Source: Candidatus Limnocylindria bacterium (GTDB lineage: Bacteria; Chloroflexota; Limnocylindria; P2-11E). Taken from it: a DNA stretch of 64,000 nt. The notes beneath the pieces were generated by a model. It was not told the origin of the DNA, did not search any database, and saw only the letters and a list, made by a program, of their open reading frames with translations. This document shows positions 46,461 through 58,490 of this stretch, piece after piece; the stretch's first letter is position 1, and each line of letters opens with the position of its first letter. Both the position numbers and the translations under genes were made by a program. The DNA is taken from the NCBI GenBank assembly GCA_036564905.1, contig DATCOD010000194.1, positions 7,240 through 71,239 on the forward strand, in the 5' to 3' direction.

Positions 46461-46535
46461 ATGCGGAACCTCGTGGTCGTCGTCCTTATCGGCATCGTCC
46501 TCATTGAGGACGAGGGGAGACGGCTGGGAGGCTAG
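46461..46535 (+). promoter_or_regulatory. Leader peptide ORF 2 (MRNLVVVVLIGIVLIEDEGRRLGG), the ilvB attenuator leader
   Basis: Twelve of fourteen codons after Met-Arg-Asn are Val/Leu/Ile. The stop lies inside the 'ctgggaggctag' antiterminator arm. Confidence 0.75.
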
Positions 46536-46562
46536 CGGCACACACCACGGACCATGCGAGCA

Positions 46563-46593
46563 AGGCCTCCCGGCAACGGGAGGCCTCTTTGTT
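46563..46593 (+). terminator. Rho-independent terminator of the ilvB attenuator
   Basis: 'aggcctccc ggcaac gggaggcct ctttgttg'. The alternative pairing of 'gcctccc' with 'gggaggc' in the leader gives an antiterminator. Confidence 0.7.
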
Positions 46594-46627
46594 GTCCAGG
46601 ACAGAGATGGATGAAGGAGGCACCGCG

Positions 46628-48337
46628 ATGGCGACACTTGCGACGACCGAGCTGCCCGAGGCGAGCACCGTCGTTCACCGCGGCGCCGACCTGGTCTGGC
46701 GGGCCCTCGAGCACGCCGGCGCGGACGTGGCGTTCGGCTACCCCGGTGGCGCGTGCCTGCCGCTGTACGACGCGCTCCCCGATCACCCGCGCGTGCATCA
46801 CGTCCTCGTGCGCCACGAGCAGGGCGCCGCGCACATGGCCGACGGCTACGCGCGCGCGACCGGACGGGTCGGCGTGTGCGTCGCCACCTCCGGCCCCGGC
46901 GCGACCAATCTCGTGACCGGGCTCGCCTGCGCATACATGGACAGCGTGGCGCTGGTCGCGATCACCGGCCAGGTCTCCACGCCGATGATGGGCCGGGACG
47001 CCTTCCAGGAGACCGACGTGCTCGGCATGGTCGGGCCGATCACCAAGCATTCGTTCCTCGTCGAGCGGGTCGAGGACATCGAGCCCACGATCGCGCGCGC
47101 GTTCGAGGTGGCGCGCGCGGGCCGCCCCGGACCGGTGGTGGTCGACATCCCGAAGGACATCCAGCTCCGGACCGCCACGGCGCGCTCCCGCCCGACAGAC
47201 CCGACGACCGCTCCGCAGGGCGCCGACGCGAGCGAGCTCGATCGGGCGGCGGCGCTGCTCGCGTCCGCGCGGCGGCCGGTGATCATCGCCGGCCACGGCG
47301 TGCGCCTCGGGCGCGCCCACCGCGAGCTGCGCGCGCTCGCCGAGCGCATCGACGCGCCGGTCGTGACCACACTGCTCGGCATCGGCGCGATCGCCGAGGA
47401 CCATGCGCTCGCGGCCGGGATGCTCGGGATGCACGGCAGCGCCAACGCGAACCGCATGGTGAACGACGCGGACGTGATCCTGGGCGTGGGGCTGCGCTTC
47501 GACGATCGCGTGACCGGGAAGATCAGCGCCTTCGCGCCGAACGCCAAGATCATCCATGCCGACCTCGACGCGACCCAGATCGGCAAGAACGTGCCCACCG
47601 CGATCGGCATCGTTGCCGACGCGGGAGCGGTGCTGTTCGCGCTCGCCGCCCGCCTCCAGCGCGTGTCGCGGCCGGACTGGTCCGGACGTCTCGCGACCGC
47701 TCGTTCCCGCCCGCGGCTCGCGGCATACGAGGACCGGGTCGAGCTCCCGCCGCGCCTGGTCATCCGCGCGATCCGTGAGACCGCGAGCGACGACGCGTAC
47801 TTCGTCGCCGACGTGGGTCAGCATCAGATGTGGGCCGCGCAGCATCTGCGCCTCACGAACCCGGACCGGTTCCTCACCTCGGGCGGCCTCGGCGCGATGG
47901 GCTATGCCCTGCCGGCCGCGATCGGCGCGCAGATGGGCCGGCCGACGTCAGAGGTGTGGGCCATCGCCGGCGATGGGGGCGCGCAGATGACGTTCCAGGA
48001 GCTCGGGACCGCGGTGCAGGAGCGCACGCCGGTGAAGCTCGCGATCATGAACAACGGCTACCTCGGGATGGTCCGCCAGTGGCAGCAGCTGTTCCACGAC
48101 GGTCGGATCTCACAGACCCCGATCAGCAGCCCGGACTACGTGAAGCTCGCCGACGCGTACGGCGTGCTCGGCATCATGGTCGACCGTCGCGCCGACCTCG
48201 GCCCCTCGCTCGCGCGCGCTCGCGCGCACCAGGGGCCCGTCGTGCTCGACATCCGCATCGAGCGCGAGGCCAACGTGTGGCCGATCGTGCCGCCTGGCGG
48301 CGCGAACGCGGACCTCATCGAAGAGCCGGTCTCGTGA
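46628..48337 (+). CDS. ilvB: Acetolactate synthase (AHAS) large subunit
   Basis: 'GYPGGACLPLYDAL', 'RHEQGAAHMADGYARATGRVGVCVATSGPGATNLVTG', TPP motif 'GDGGAQMTFQELGTA...NNGYLGMVRQWQ'. RBS 'gaaggagg' 8 nt upstream of the ATG. Confidence 0.9.
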   Translation: MATLATTELPEASTVVHRGADLVWRALEHAGADVAFGYPGGACLPLYDALPDHPRVHHVLVRHEQGAAHMADGYARATGRVGVCVATSGPGATNLVTGLACAYMDSVALVAITGQVSTPMMGRDAFQETDVLGMVGPITKHSFLVERVEDIEPTIARAFEVARAGRPGPVVVDIPKDIQLRTATARSRPTDPTTAPQGADASELDRAAALLASARRPVIIAGHGVRLGRAHRELRALAERIDAPVVTTLLGIGAIAEDHALAAGMLGMHGSANANRMVNDADVILGVGLRFDDRVTGKISAFAPNAKIIHADLDATQIGKNVPTAIGIVADAGAVLFALAARLQRVSRPDWSGRLATARSRPRLAAYEDRVELPPRLVIRAIRETASDDAYFVADVGQHQMWAAQHLRLTNPDRFLTSGGLGAMGYALPAAIGAQMGRPTSEVWAIAGDGGAQMTFQELGTAVQERTPVKLAIMNNGYLGMVRQWQQLFHDGRISQTPISSPDYVKLADAYGVLGIMVDRRADLGPSLARARAHQGPVVLDIRIEREANVWPIVPPGGANADLIEEPVS

Positions 48338-48591
48338 CCGACCCGCAGCACACCTTCGAGCTCACGGTCGACGCCGTGCCCGGCGCGATCGAGCGCGTGC
48401 TGTCGGTCGTGCGCCGCAGGCGGCTCGGCCTGCGCTCGTTCCGGGCGGACGCCGGCAGTCAGGGGCAGTGGAACGTCCGCATCGAGGCCGGCGCCGTCCC
48501 AACGGAAGCGGCCCTTGCGCTCAGACAATTCGCATCGCTCATCGACGTTCGCAACGCGCGCCTGTCCGATGGCGATCGCACCGCGAGCTAA
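48334..48591 (+). CDS. ilvN: Acetolactate synthase small subunit, short ACT-only form (85 aa)
   Basis: 'HTFELTVDAVPGAIERVLSVVRRRRLGLRSF' is the ACT domain of IlvN/IlvM. GTGA overlap with ilvB. Confidence 0.65.
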   Translation: MTDPQHTFELTVDAVPGAIERVLSVVRRRRLGLRSFRADAGSQGQWNVRIEAGAVPTEAALALRQFASLIDVRNARLSDGDRTAS

Positions 48592-48609
48592 AGAAAGCAG
48601 GAGGAAGAG

Positions 48610-49659
48610 ATGGCCACCATCTATTACGACAAGGACGCGGATCCGCGGGCGCTGGCCGGCAAGACGATCGCCGTGATCGGCTACGGGAGCCAGGGCCACG
48701 CCCACGCCCAGAACCTGCGCGACAGCGGGCACTCCGTCGTCATCGGCCTGGCCGCCGGCAGCAAGAGCTGGGCGACCGCCGAGCGGGACGGCTTCGACGT
48801 CCGCGAGGTTGCGGACGCCGCGCGCAACGCCGACGTGATCGTCATCCTCGTGCCTGACCCGAAACATCGGTCGGTCTATGAACGGATCGCGCCGTCGCTC
48901 GGGCGCGGGCGGACCATCGTCGTGGCGCACGCGTTCTCCGTCCATTTCAAGGAGATCGTCGCGTCGCCCGACATCGACGTCGTGCTCATCGCGCCGAAGG
49001 CCCCGGGGCACCGGATGCGCGAGCTCTTCGTCGAGGGCAAGGGCGTGCCCGCGCTCGTCGCGGTGCACCAGGACGCCAGCGGCCACGCCAAGCAGACGGC
49101 GCTCGCGTACGCGCAGGCCGTCGGCTCGACGCGCGCGGGCGTCATCCAGACCACGTTCGCGGAGGAGGTCGAGACCGATCTCTTCGGCGAGCAGACGGTC
49201 CTGTGCGGCGGTATCTCCGAGCTGGTGAAGGCCGGTTTCGAGACCCTGGTCGAAGCCGGCTACCAGCCGGAGATCGCGTACTTCGAGTGCCTGAACGAGA
49301 TGAAGCTCATCGTCGACCTCATGTACGAGGGCGGGCTCTCGTACATGCGGTACTCGGTGAGCGACACGGCCGAGTACGGCGACTACGTGTCCGGCAAGCG
49401 GGTCATCGACGCGCGCGTTCGGCAGACCATGCGTGACGTGCTCGCCGAGATCAAGGACGGCAGCTTCGCCAAGCGGTGGATCGCCGAGGCCCGGGCGGGT
49501 GCGCCCGAGCTGCTCGCGACGCGTGCCCGCGAGCAGGACTCCCAGATCGAGCGGGTCGGACGATCGCTCCGCTCGATGATGCCCTGGCTCCCGAAGCGCG
49601 AGTTCGGCCAGCCCGCGGCGCCGGACGCGCCGAAGCGCGAGACCGCGGGGGTCGCGTAA
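48610..49659 (+). CDS. ilvC: Ketol-acid reductoisomerase
   Basis: '[21 protein letters not shown]', 'LVPD', 'GHRMRELF', '[17 protein letters not shown]'. Strong RBS 'gcaggaggaagag'. Confidence 0.95.
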   Translation: MATIYYDKDADPRALAGKTIAVIGYGSQGHAHAQNLRDSGHSVVIGLAAGSKSWATAERDGFDVREVADAARNADVIVILVPDPKHRSVYERIAPSLGRGRTIVVAHAFSVHFKEIVASPDIDVVLIAPKAPGHRMRELFVEGKGVPALVAVHQDASGHAKQTALAYAQAVGSTRAGVIQTTFAEEVETDLFGEQTVLCGGISELVKAGFETLVEAGYQPEIAYFECLNEMKLIVDLMYEGGLSYMRYSVSDTAEYGDYVSGKRVIDARVRQTMRDVLAEIKDGSFAKRWIAEARAGAPELLATRAREQDSQIERVGRSLRSMMPWLPKREFGQPAAPDAPKRETAGVA

Positions 49660-49844
49660 TGGAGGCGTTCCGCGACCGGCTCGCGCGGCTCGGCATGCGC
49701 TTCGGCGACGAGCAGCTCGGCCACGCCCACTCGCTGGTCACGCGCTACGGATTCGTCCCGGAGGAGCTCACCGACATCCAGCTCATGACCATCTGCGTCG
49801 AGGCCTACCGCCATCCGGATTCCGACCTGCCGTTGTGGATCTGA
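49659..49844 (+). CDS. Conserved small protein (61 aa), paralog of the 45585-45779 ORF; translationally coupled between ilvC and leuA
   Basis: '[61 protein letters not shown]'. Its ATG overlaps the ilvC TAA (TAATG). Confidence 0.65.
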   Translation: MEAFRDRLARLGMRFGDEQLGHAHSLVTRYGFVPEELTDIQLMTICVEAYRHPDSDLPLWI

Positions 49845-53268
<3,424 letters not shown>

Positions 53269-53272
<4 letters not shown>

Positions 53273-54513
53273 CCAGCACCGTCGCGGTCGCGACGCGATC
53301 CATGACCGTCGCGGACGCGGCCGTGGCCATCGCCGGGCAGGTCGAGCGCACGCCGCTCCTCGCGTCGCCGGATCTGTCCGCGCTCGCGGGCTGCGAGATC
53401 CATCTCAAGCTCGAGAACCTGCAGCGCACCGGTGCGTTCAAGCTGCGCGGCGCGCTCGCCCGGCTCCTCGCGCTCTCCAGCGAGGAGCGCGCGCGCGGCG
53501 TCGTCACCGCGTCCGCGGGCAACCACGGGCAGGGCGTCGCCGTCGGCGCCGCTGCGCTCGGGATCCCCGCCTGCGTCGTGCTCCCGCGCGGCGTGCCGCT
53601 GGCGAAGCTCACCGCGATCCAGCGCGCCGGCGCGGAGGTCGTGATCACCGGGTCGGACTACGACGAGGCGTTCGCCGCGGCGCGCGAGCTCGCCGCGGAG
53701 CGCCGCGCCGTCTACATCCACGCGTTCGACGATCCGGCCGTCATCGCGGGACAGGGGACCGTCGCTCGCGAGATGCTCGAGGACCGCCCCGACCTCGACG
53801 CCATCGTCGTGCCGGTCGGCGGTGGCGGGCTCCTCGCCGGGTCGGCCCTCGCGATCGCCGAGGCCGGCGCGTCCGTCGCGCTCGTCGGTGTCCAGGCCGC
53901 CGGCGCGACCGCGTTCGCCGACGCCGTCCGGAGCGGATCGATCGCCGCGGGCGGCAGCGCCACCATCGCCGACGGCATCGCGGTCCGCCGGCCGGCGGAG
54001 CGTACGGTGGCGATCGCGCGAGCGCACCGGGCGACGATGCGGATCGTCACGGATGAGGCGATCGCGCGCGCGATGGTGCTGCTGCTCGAGCGCCACAAGC
54101 TCCTCGCGGAGGCCGCGGGCGCCGCGGGCGTCGCCGCGCTGCTCGACGGAGCGGCCGAGCTCGCGGGCAAGCGGGTCGGCATCATCGTGAGCGGTGGCAA
54201 CATCGACCCGAACCTGCTCGGGAAGGTCGTGCAGCAGGGCCTCGCGAGCGCGGGCCGCTACCTCGCGTTCCGCACCTGGCTCGACGACCGTCCGGGACAG
54301 CTGCACGAGCTCACCGGCATCCTGGGCGGCGAGCACATCAACATCCTGCACGTCGGCATCCATCGCGTCGGGCCGTACACCGCGCTCGGGCGCGTGGGCC
54401 TCGATGTGATCGTCGATACCCGCGATGCCGCGCACGCCCAGGAGGTCCTGGCACTCGTGCGGCGCTCCGGCTTCCCGGCCGAGCAGCTCATCGACGTCCA
54501 GCCGGAGCGGTGA
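53269..54513 (+). CDS. ilvA: Threonine ammonia-lyase (biosynthetic, single regulatory domain)
   Basis: PLP-Lys '[18 protein letters not shown]', '[10 protein letters not shown]', 'GGGGLLAG', and a C-terminal ACT-like domain. ATGA overlap with ilvD. Confidence 0.9.
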
Positions 54514-54532
54514 GCTGACCGGCCGCACGCTC

Positions 54533-55918
54533 GTGGCGAAGGTGTGGGACGAGCACGTCGTCCGGCGCGCCCCGGGCGAGCCAGATCTCCTCTACGTCGA
54601 TCTGCATCTCGTGCACGAGGTGACCTCGCCGCAGGCGTTCGACGGCCTGCGCCTCGCCGGCCGCCGCGTGCGCCGTCCCGATCTCACGCTCGCGACCGCG
54701 GACCACAACATCCCGACCGTCCTGGACCGGCCGGTCGCCGACCCGGTCTCGGCGCGCCAGATCGACGCGCTGACCCGGAACTGCGCGGAGTTCGGCGTCC
54801 GCCTGTACCCGATGGGCGATGCCCGTCAGGGCATCGTGCACGTCATCGGGCCGCAGCTCGGTCTCAGCCAGCCGGGGATGGTCATCGTGTGTGGCGACAG
54901 CCACACCGCGACGCACGGCGCGCTCGGGGCGATCGCCTTCGGGATCGGGACCAGCGACGTCGAGCACGTGCTCGCGACGCAAACGATCCCGCGGACGCCT
55001 CCGCGCACGATGGCGGTCACGATCGACGGCCGGACGCCCGCGGACGTGAGCGCGAAGGACATCATCCTCGGCGTCATCGCGCGCATCGGGATCGGCGGCG
55101 GCACCGGCCACATCATCGAGTACCGCGGCGACGCGATCCGGGCCCTATCGATGGAGGGGCGGATGACCGTCTGCAACATGTCCATCGAGGCCGGCGCGCG
55201 CGCGGGGCTGATCGCGCCCGATGACACCACGTTCGCCTACCTGCGTGGCCGGATGCACGCGCCGGCCGGATCGGATTGGGACCGCGCGGTCGAGCACTGG
55301 CGCGGCCTCGCGACCGACGCCGACGCCTCGTTCGACCGCGAGGTGCGCATCGCCGCGGCCGACCTCCGGCCGTACGTGACCTGGGGCACGAATCCCGCGC
55401 AGGCCGTCGGCATCGACGGCCGGGTGCCCGACCCCGAAGCGCTCGCGGGCGATGCGGCACGGGAGAGCGCGCGGCGCGCGCTCGCGTACATGGATCTCCG
55501 CCCCGGCACGGCGATGCGCGACATCGCGGTCGATTCGGTGTTCCTGGGCTCGTGCACGAACGGGCGGATCGAGGACCTCCGGGCCGCGGCCGACGTGCTC
55601 CGCGGCCGCCGGGTCCGCGCCGGACTACGCGCGCTCGCGGTACCCGGGTCGATGGCCGTGAAGGCCCAGGCCGAGAGCGAGGGCCTCGATCGGATCTTCG
55701 TCGCGGCGGGGTTCGAGTGGCGCAGCGCCGGCTGCTCGATGTGCCTCGGGATGAACGACGACGTCGCCGCGCCGGGCGAGCGGGTCGCCTCGACGTCGAA
55801 CCGCAACTTCGAGGGCCGCCAGGGGCCGGGCGCGCGCACGCACCTCGTGTCCCCGGCCGTCGCCGCCGCCACCGCCGTGGCCGGACACCTCGCGACTCCG
55901 GCGGATCTCGCGCGATGA
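54533..55918 (+). CDS. leuC: 3-isopropylmalate dehydratase large subunit
   Basis: N-terminus '[10 protein letters not shown]' matches the LeuC N-terminus. '[24 protein letters not shown]', '[11 protein letters not shown]', '[11 protein letters not shown]', '[12 protein letters not shown]' are aconitase-family Fe-S ligand motifs. Confidence 0.9.
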   Translation: MAKVWDEHVVRRAPGEPDLLYVDLHLVHEVTSPQAFDGLRLAGRRVRRPDLTLATADHNIPTVLDRPVADPVSARQIDALTRNCAEFGVRLYPMGDARQGIVHVIGPQLGLSQPGMVIVCGDSHTATHGALGAIAFGIGTSDVEHVLATQTIPRTPPRTMAVTIDGRTPADVSAKDIILGVIARIGIGGGTGHIIEYRGDAIRALSMEGRMTVCNMSIEAGARAGLIAPDDTTFAYLRGRMHAPAGSDWDRAVEHWRGLATDADASFDREVRIAAADLRPYVTWGTNPAQAVGIDGRVPDPEALAGDAARESARRALAYMDLRPGTAMRDIAVDSVFLGSCTNGRIEDLRAAADVLRGRRVRAGLRALAVPGSMAVKAQAESEGLDRIFVAAGFEWRSAGCSMCLGMNDDVAAPGERVASTSNRNFEGRQGPGARTHLVSPAVAAATAVAGHLATPADLAR

Positions 55919-56520
55919 GAGCCACCTCGCGCGTGACCGGCCGCGCGCTGCCGCTCGACCGCCGCGACGTCGACACCGATCAGATCATCCCGAGCGACTG
56001 GCTGAAGCGCGTCGAGCGCACCGGCTACGGCGCGGGGCTGTTCGCCGCGTGGCGAACGGATCCGGCATTCGCGCTCAACGACCCGCGGTTCGCGGGCGCG
56101 ACCGTCCTGGTGACCGGAGCGAACTTCGGCTGCGGGAGCTCGCGCGAGCACGCGGCCTGGGCGCTCGAGGACTGGGGCTTCCGCGCGATCGTCGCGCCGA
56201 GCTTCGCCGACATCTTCCGCTCGAACTGCCTCGCCGTCGGCCTCGTGCTCGCGGAGCTTCCGGAGGCCGACATCGCGCGCGTGCTCGCGGCGGTCGCGCG
56301 CGACCCATCGATCGAGGTCAGCGTCGACGTCGACCGGCGGATCGTCGAGGTGCCGGCGCTCGGCTACGCCGCGGCGTTCCCGCTGGACGACGCGTCGCGC
56401 GCGCGCCTGCTCGCGGGACAGGACGAGATCGACCTGAGCCTCGCCCACGCGGGCGAGATCGCGAGCTACGAGGCGCGGCGGCACGGGTGGCTGCCGCGCC
56501 TGCGGACCCCGTCGGGCTAG
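55915..56520 (+). CDS. leuD: 3-isopropylmalate dehydratase small subunit
   Basis: '[14 protein letters not shown]' and '[17 protein letters not shown]'. ATGA overlap with leuC. Confidence 0.9.
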   Translation: MRATSRVTGRALPLDRRDVDTDQIIPSDWLKRVERTGYGAGLFAAWRTDPAFALNDPRFAGATVLVTGANFGCGSSREHAAWALEDWGFRAIVAPSFADIFRSNCLAVGLVLAELPEADIARVLAAVARDPSIEVSVDVDRRIVEVPALGYAAAFPLDDASRARLLAGQDEIDLSLAHAGEIASYEARRHGWLPRLRTPSG

Positions 56521-57410
56521 CGCAGCTCCTTCGCGATCGCGCGCAGCTGCGCGAGCGTGTCGCCGCCGAGCATCTGGAGACAGACGTGGTCCGCGCCGGC
56601 GGCGTGCTGGGCCGCGACCCGGCCGGCGATGCTCCGGGCGTCGCCCGACGCGACGATCGCGTCCATCAGTTCTTCGCTCCCGCCGTCGGCCAGGTCCGCC
56701 TCGCTCCAGCCCAGGCGCCGCAGGTTGTTCGCGTAGTTCTCGAGCGCCAAGTAGTACTTGGTATGCCGTTTGGCCGCGGCGAGGATCTTCTCGCGGTCCA
56801 GGCCGACGACCGCGGCCTGCTCCACCGCGAGCAGCGGCTCGGCACCGAGCGCCTCGCGGGCGACGGCGGTGTGCTCCACCGGCACGAAGTACGGGTGCGC
56901 GCCCAGCGAACGCTCCGCCGCGAGGCGCAGCATCTGCGGGCCCAGCGCCGCCAGCACCCGGGGAGCGGGCGGCTCGTCGCGATTCGGGCCGACGAACGGC
57001 GCCGCGTCCATCGCGTCGAGGTACGCGCGCATGTGCTCCAGCGGCTTCCGGTAGGTGCCGCCCCGGATCGCGACGCTCGGCTTGTGGCTCACGCCGAGGC
57101 CCAGCAGGAACCGGTCGGGATAGGCCTCGCTGAGCGTCTTGGCGCCGTTCGCCATCGCGACCGGATCGCGGGCCCAGATGTTCGCGATGCCGGACGCGAC
57201 GATCAGGGTCTTCGTGGCCGCAAGGAGGATGCCCGCGTGGGCGAAGACCTCTTTGCTGCCCAGCGACTCCTGGATCCACAGGGTCTTGAAGCCCAGCGAT
57301 TCGACCTCGTTCGCGAACCTCCGCGCGTCCGCCGCGGTCATGCGCTCGGGGTCCGCGGACCACACGCCGACGGTGCCCAGCTGCGTTGCGGTCTCGCGTG
57401 CGGTCTTCAT
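56517..57410 (-). CDS. Luciferase-like monooxygenase (LLM) family, probable F420-dependent oxidoreductase
   Basis: Bacterial-luciferase TIM-barrel signatures 'VWSADP...FANEVESLGFKTLWIQES' and 'LGLGVSH'. Confidence 0.7.
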   Translation of the reverse strand: MKTARETATQLGTVGVWSADPERMTAADARRFANEVESLGFKTLWIQESLGSKEVFAHAGILLAATKTLIVASGIANIWARDPVAMANGAKTLSEAYPDRFLLGLGVSHKPSVAIRGGTYRKPLEHMRAYLDAMDAAPFVGPNRDEPPAPRVLAALGPQMLRLAAERSLGAHPYFVPVEHTAVAREALGAEPLLAVEQAAVVGLDREKILAAAKRHTKYYLALENYANNLRRLGWSEADLADGGSEELMDAIVASGDARSIAGRVAAQHAAGADHVCLQMLGGDTLAQLRAIAKELR

Positions 57411-57433
57411 CCGATGCGCGCATTCTCCCATCC

Positions 57434-58357
57434 GTGCGGCCATTCCGCTTCGCGATCACGACCTCCCGCGCCGGGTCCGGCCCGGAGTGGCGTGCGAAGG
57501 CCCGCCGGATCGAGGAGCTCGGCTACGACACCCTCCTGCTGACCGACCACATCACCTCGCAGCTCGCCCCGGTCCCCGCCCTGGCCGCGGCGCTCGAGGC
57601 GACGACCCGGCTGCGTGTCGGCAGCTACGTCTTCGCGAACGATTACCGCAATCCGTTCATGCTCGCGAAGGAGGTCGCCACGCTCGACGTGCTGTCCGGC
57701 GGGCGCGTCGAGTTCGGGATCGGCGCGGGGTGGCACGCGCGCGACTACGAGATGCTCGGCATCCCGTACGACGCGCCGGCGACCCGGGTCTCGCGGATGA
57801 TCGAAGCGGTCCGGCTCATCGACCGGCTCTTCGTCGAGGACACGGTCGACGCGAGTGGCCGCTACTACACGGTCCGCGGCGCGAAGCTGCTCCCCAAGCC
57901 GGTCCAGCGGCCACGGCCGCCGCTGATGATCGGCGGCGGCGGCCCGCGGATGCTCCGTTTCGCGGCGGAGCACGCGGACATCGTCGCGCTCAACCCGCAG
58001 TTCAGCGCGGACGGCCAGCCGGTCGTCTCCGACCTCACGACCGGCGCGACCGAGCGGAAGCTCGAGCGGCTACGCGCGGAGGTCGGCGCGCGGCTCGCCG
58101 AGGTGGAGCTGAACGTGTTCATCGTCGACGCGGGCGTGACCGATGAGCCGCGTTCGCGGTGGGACGCGCTGGCCACCCGCCTGAAGGGCGCGGCCGCACA
58201 GCTGGTGGACTCGCCGTACTTCCTCTACGGGTCGACCGCGGAGCTGAAGCGGCAGCTCCTCGCGCGCCGCGAGCGCCTCGGGATCACGTACATCGGGTTG
58301 CCGGAGCAGGCGATGGAGCCATTCGCGCCGCTCGTCCGGGAGATGCGCGGGGTCTAG
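57434..58357 (+). CDS. Luciferase-like monooxygenase (LLM) family, probable F420-dependent oxidoreductase
   Basis: 'FRFAITTS...ELGYDTLLLTDH', 'EFGIGAGW', 'RPPLMIGGGGPRMLRFAAEHADIV'. Divergent from the preceding LLM gene. Confidence 0.7.
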   Translation: MRPFRFAITTSRAGSGPEWRAKARRIEELGYDTLLLTDHITSQLAPVPALAAALEATTRLRVGSYVFANDYRNPFMLAKEVATLDVLSGGRVEFGIGAGWHARDYEMLGIPYDAPATRVSRMIEAVRLIDRLFVEDTVDASGRYYTVRGAKLLPKPVQRPRPPLMIGGGGPRMLRFAAEHADIVALNPQFSADGQPVVSDLTTGATERKLERLRAEVGARLAEVELNVFIVDAGVTDEPRSRWDALATRLKGAAAQLVDSPYFLYGSTAELKRQLLARRERLGITYIGLPEQAMEPFAPLVREMRGV

Positions 58358-58490
58358 GCGGATCCGTGGCGCCGCAGGTACGTCACCACCCGGTACGCGG
58401 AGAGCGCGAAGATCCACGCGGCGATCACGGCGACGCCCCACTGAACGTGCCGACGATGAGCCAGAGCAGGAGCCCGCCCACCTCGCGGTC

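Noticed and set aside
46589-46627. Longer ilvB start at the TTG (46589) or ATG (46607) suggested by the ORF track.
   Set aside because: These codons lie inside or immediately after the attenuator terminator hairpin and lack an RBS. The ATG at 46628 has 'gaaggagg' 8 nt upstream and gives a canonical AHAS N-terminus.
45585-49844. Idea that the two ~62-aa paralogs are split-off C-terminal (ALS_ss_C) domains of the truncated IlvN.
   Set aside because: Their sequence (LMTICVEAYR..DLP.W) shows none of the recognisable ALS_ss_C features. Kept as an open functional question rather than an annotation.
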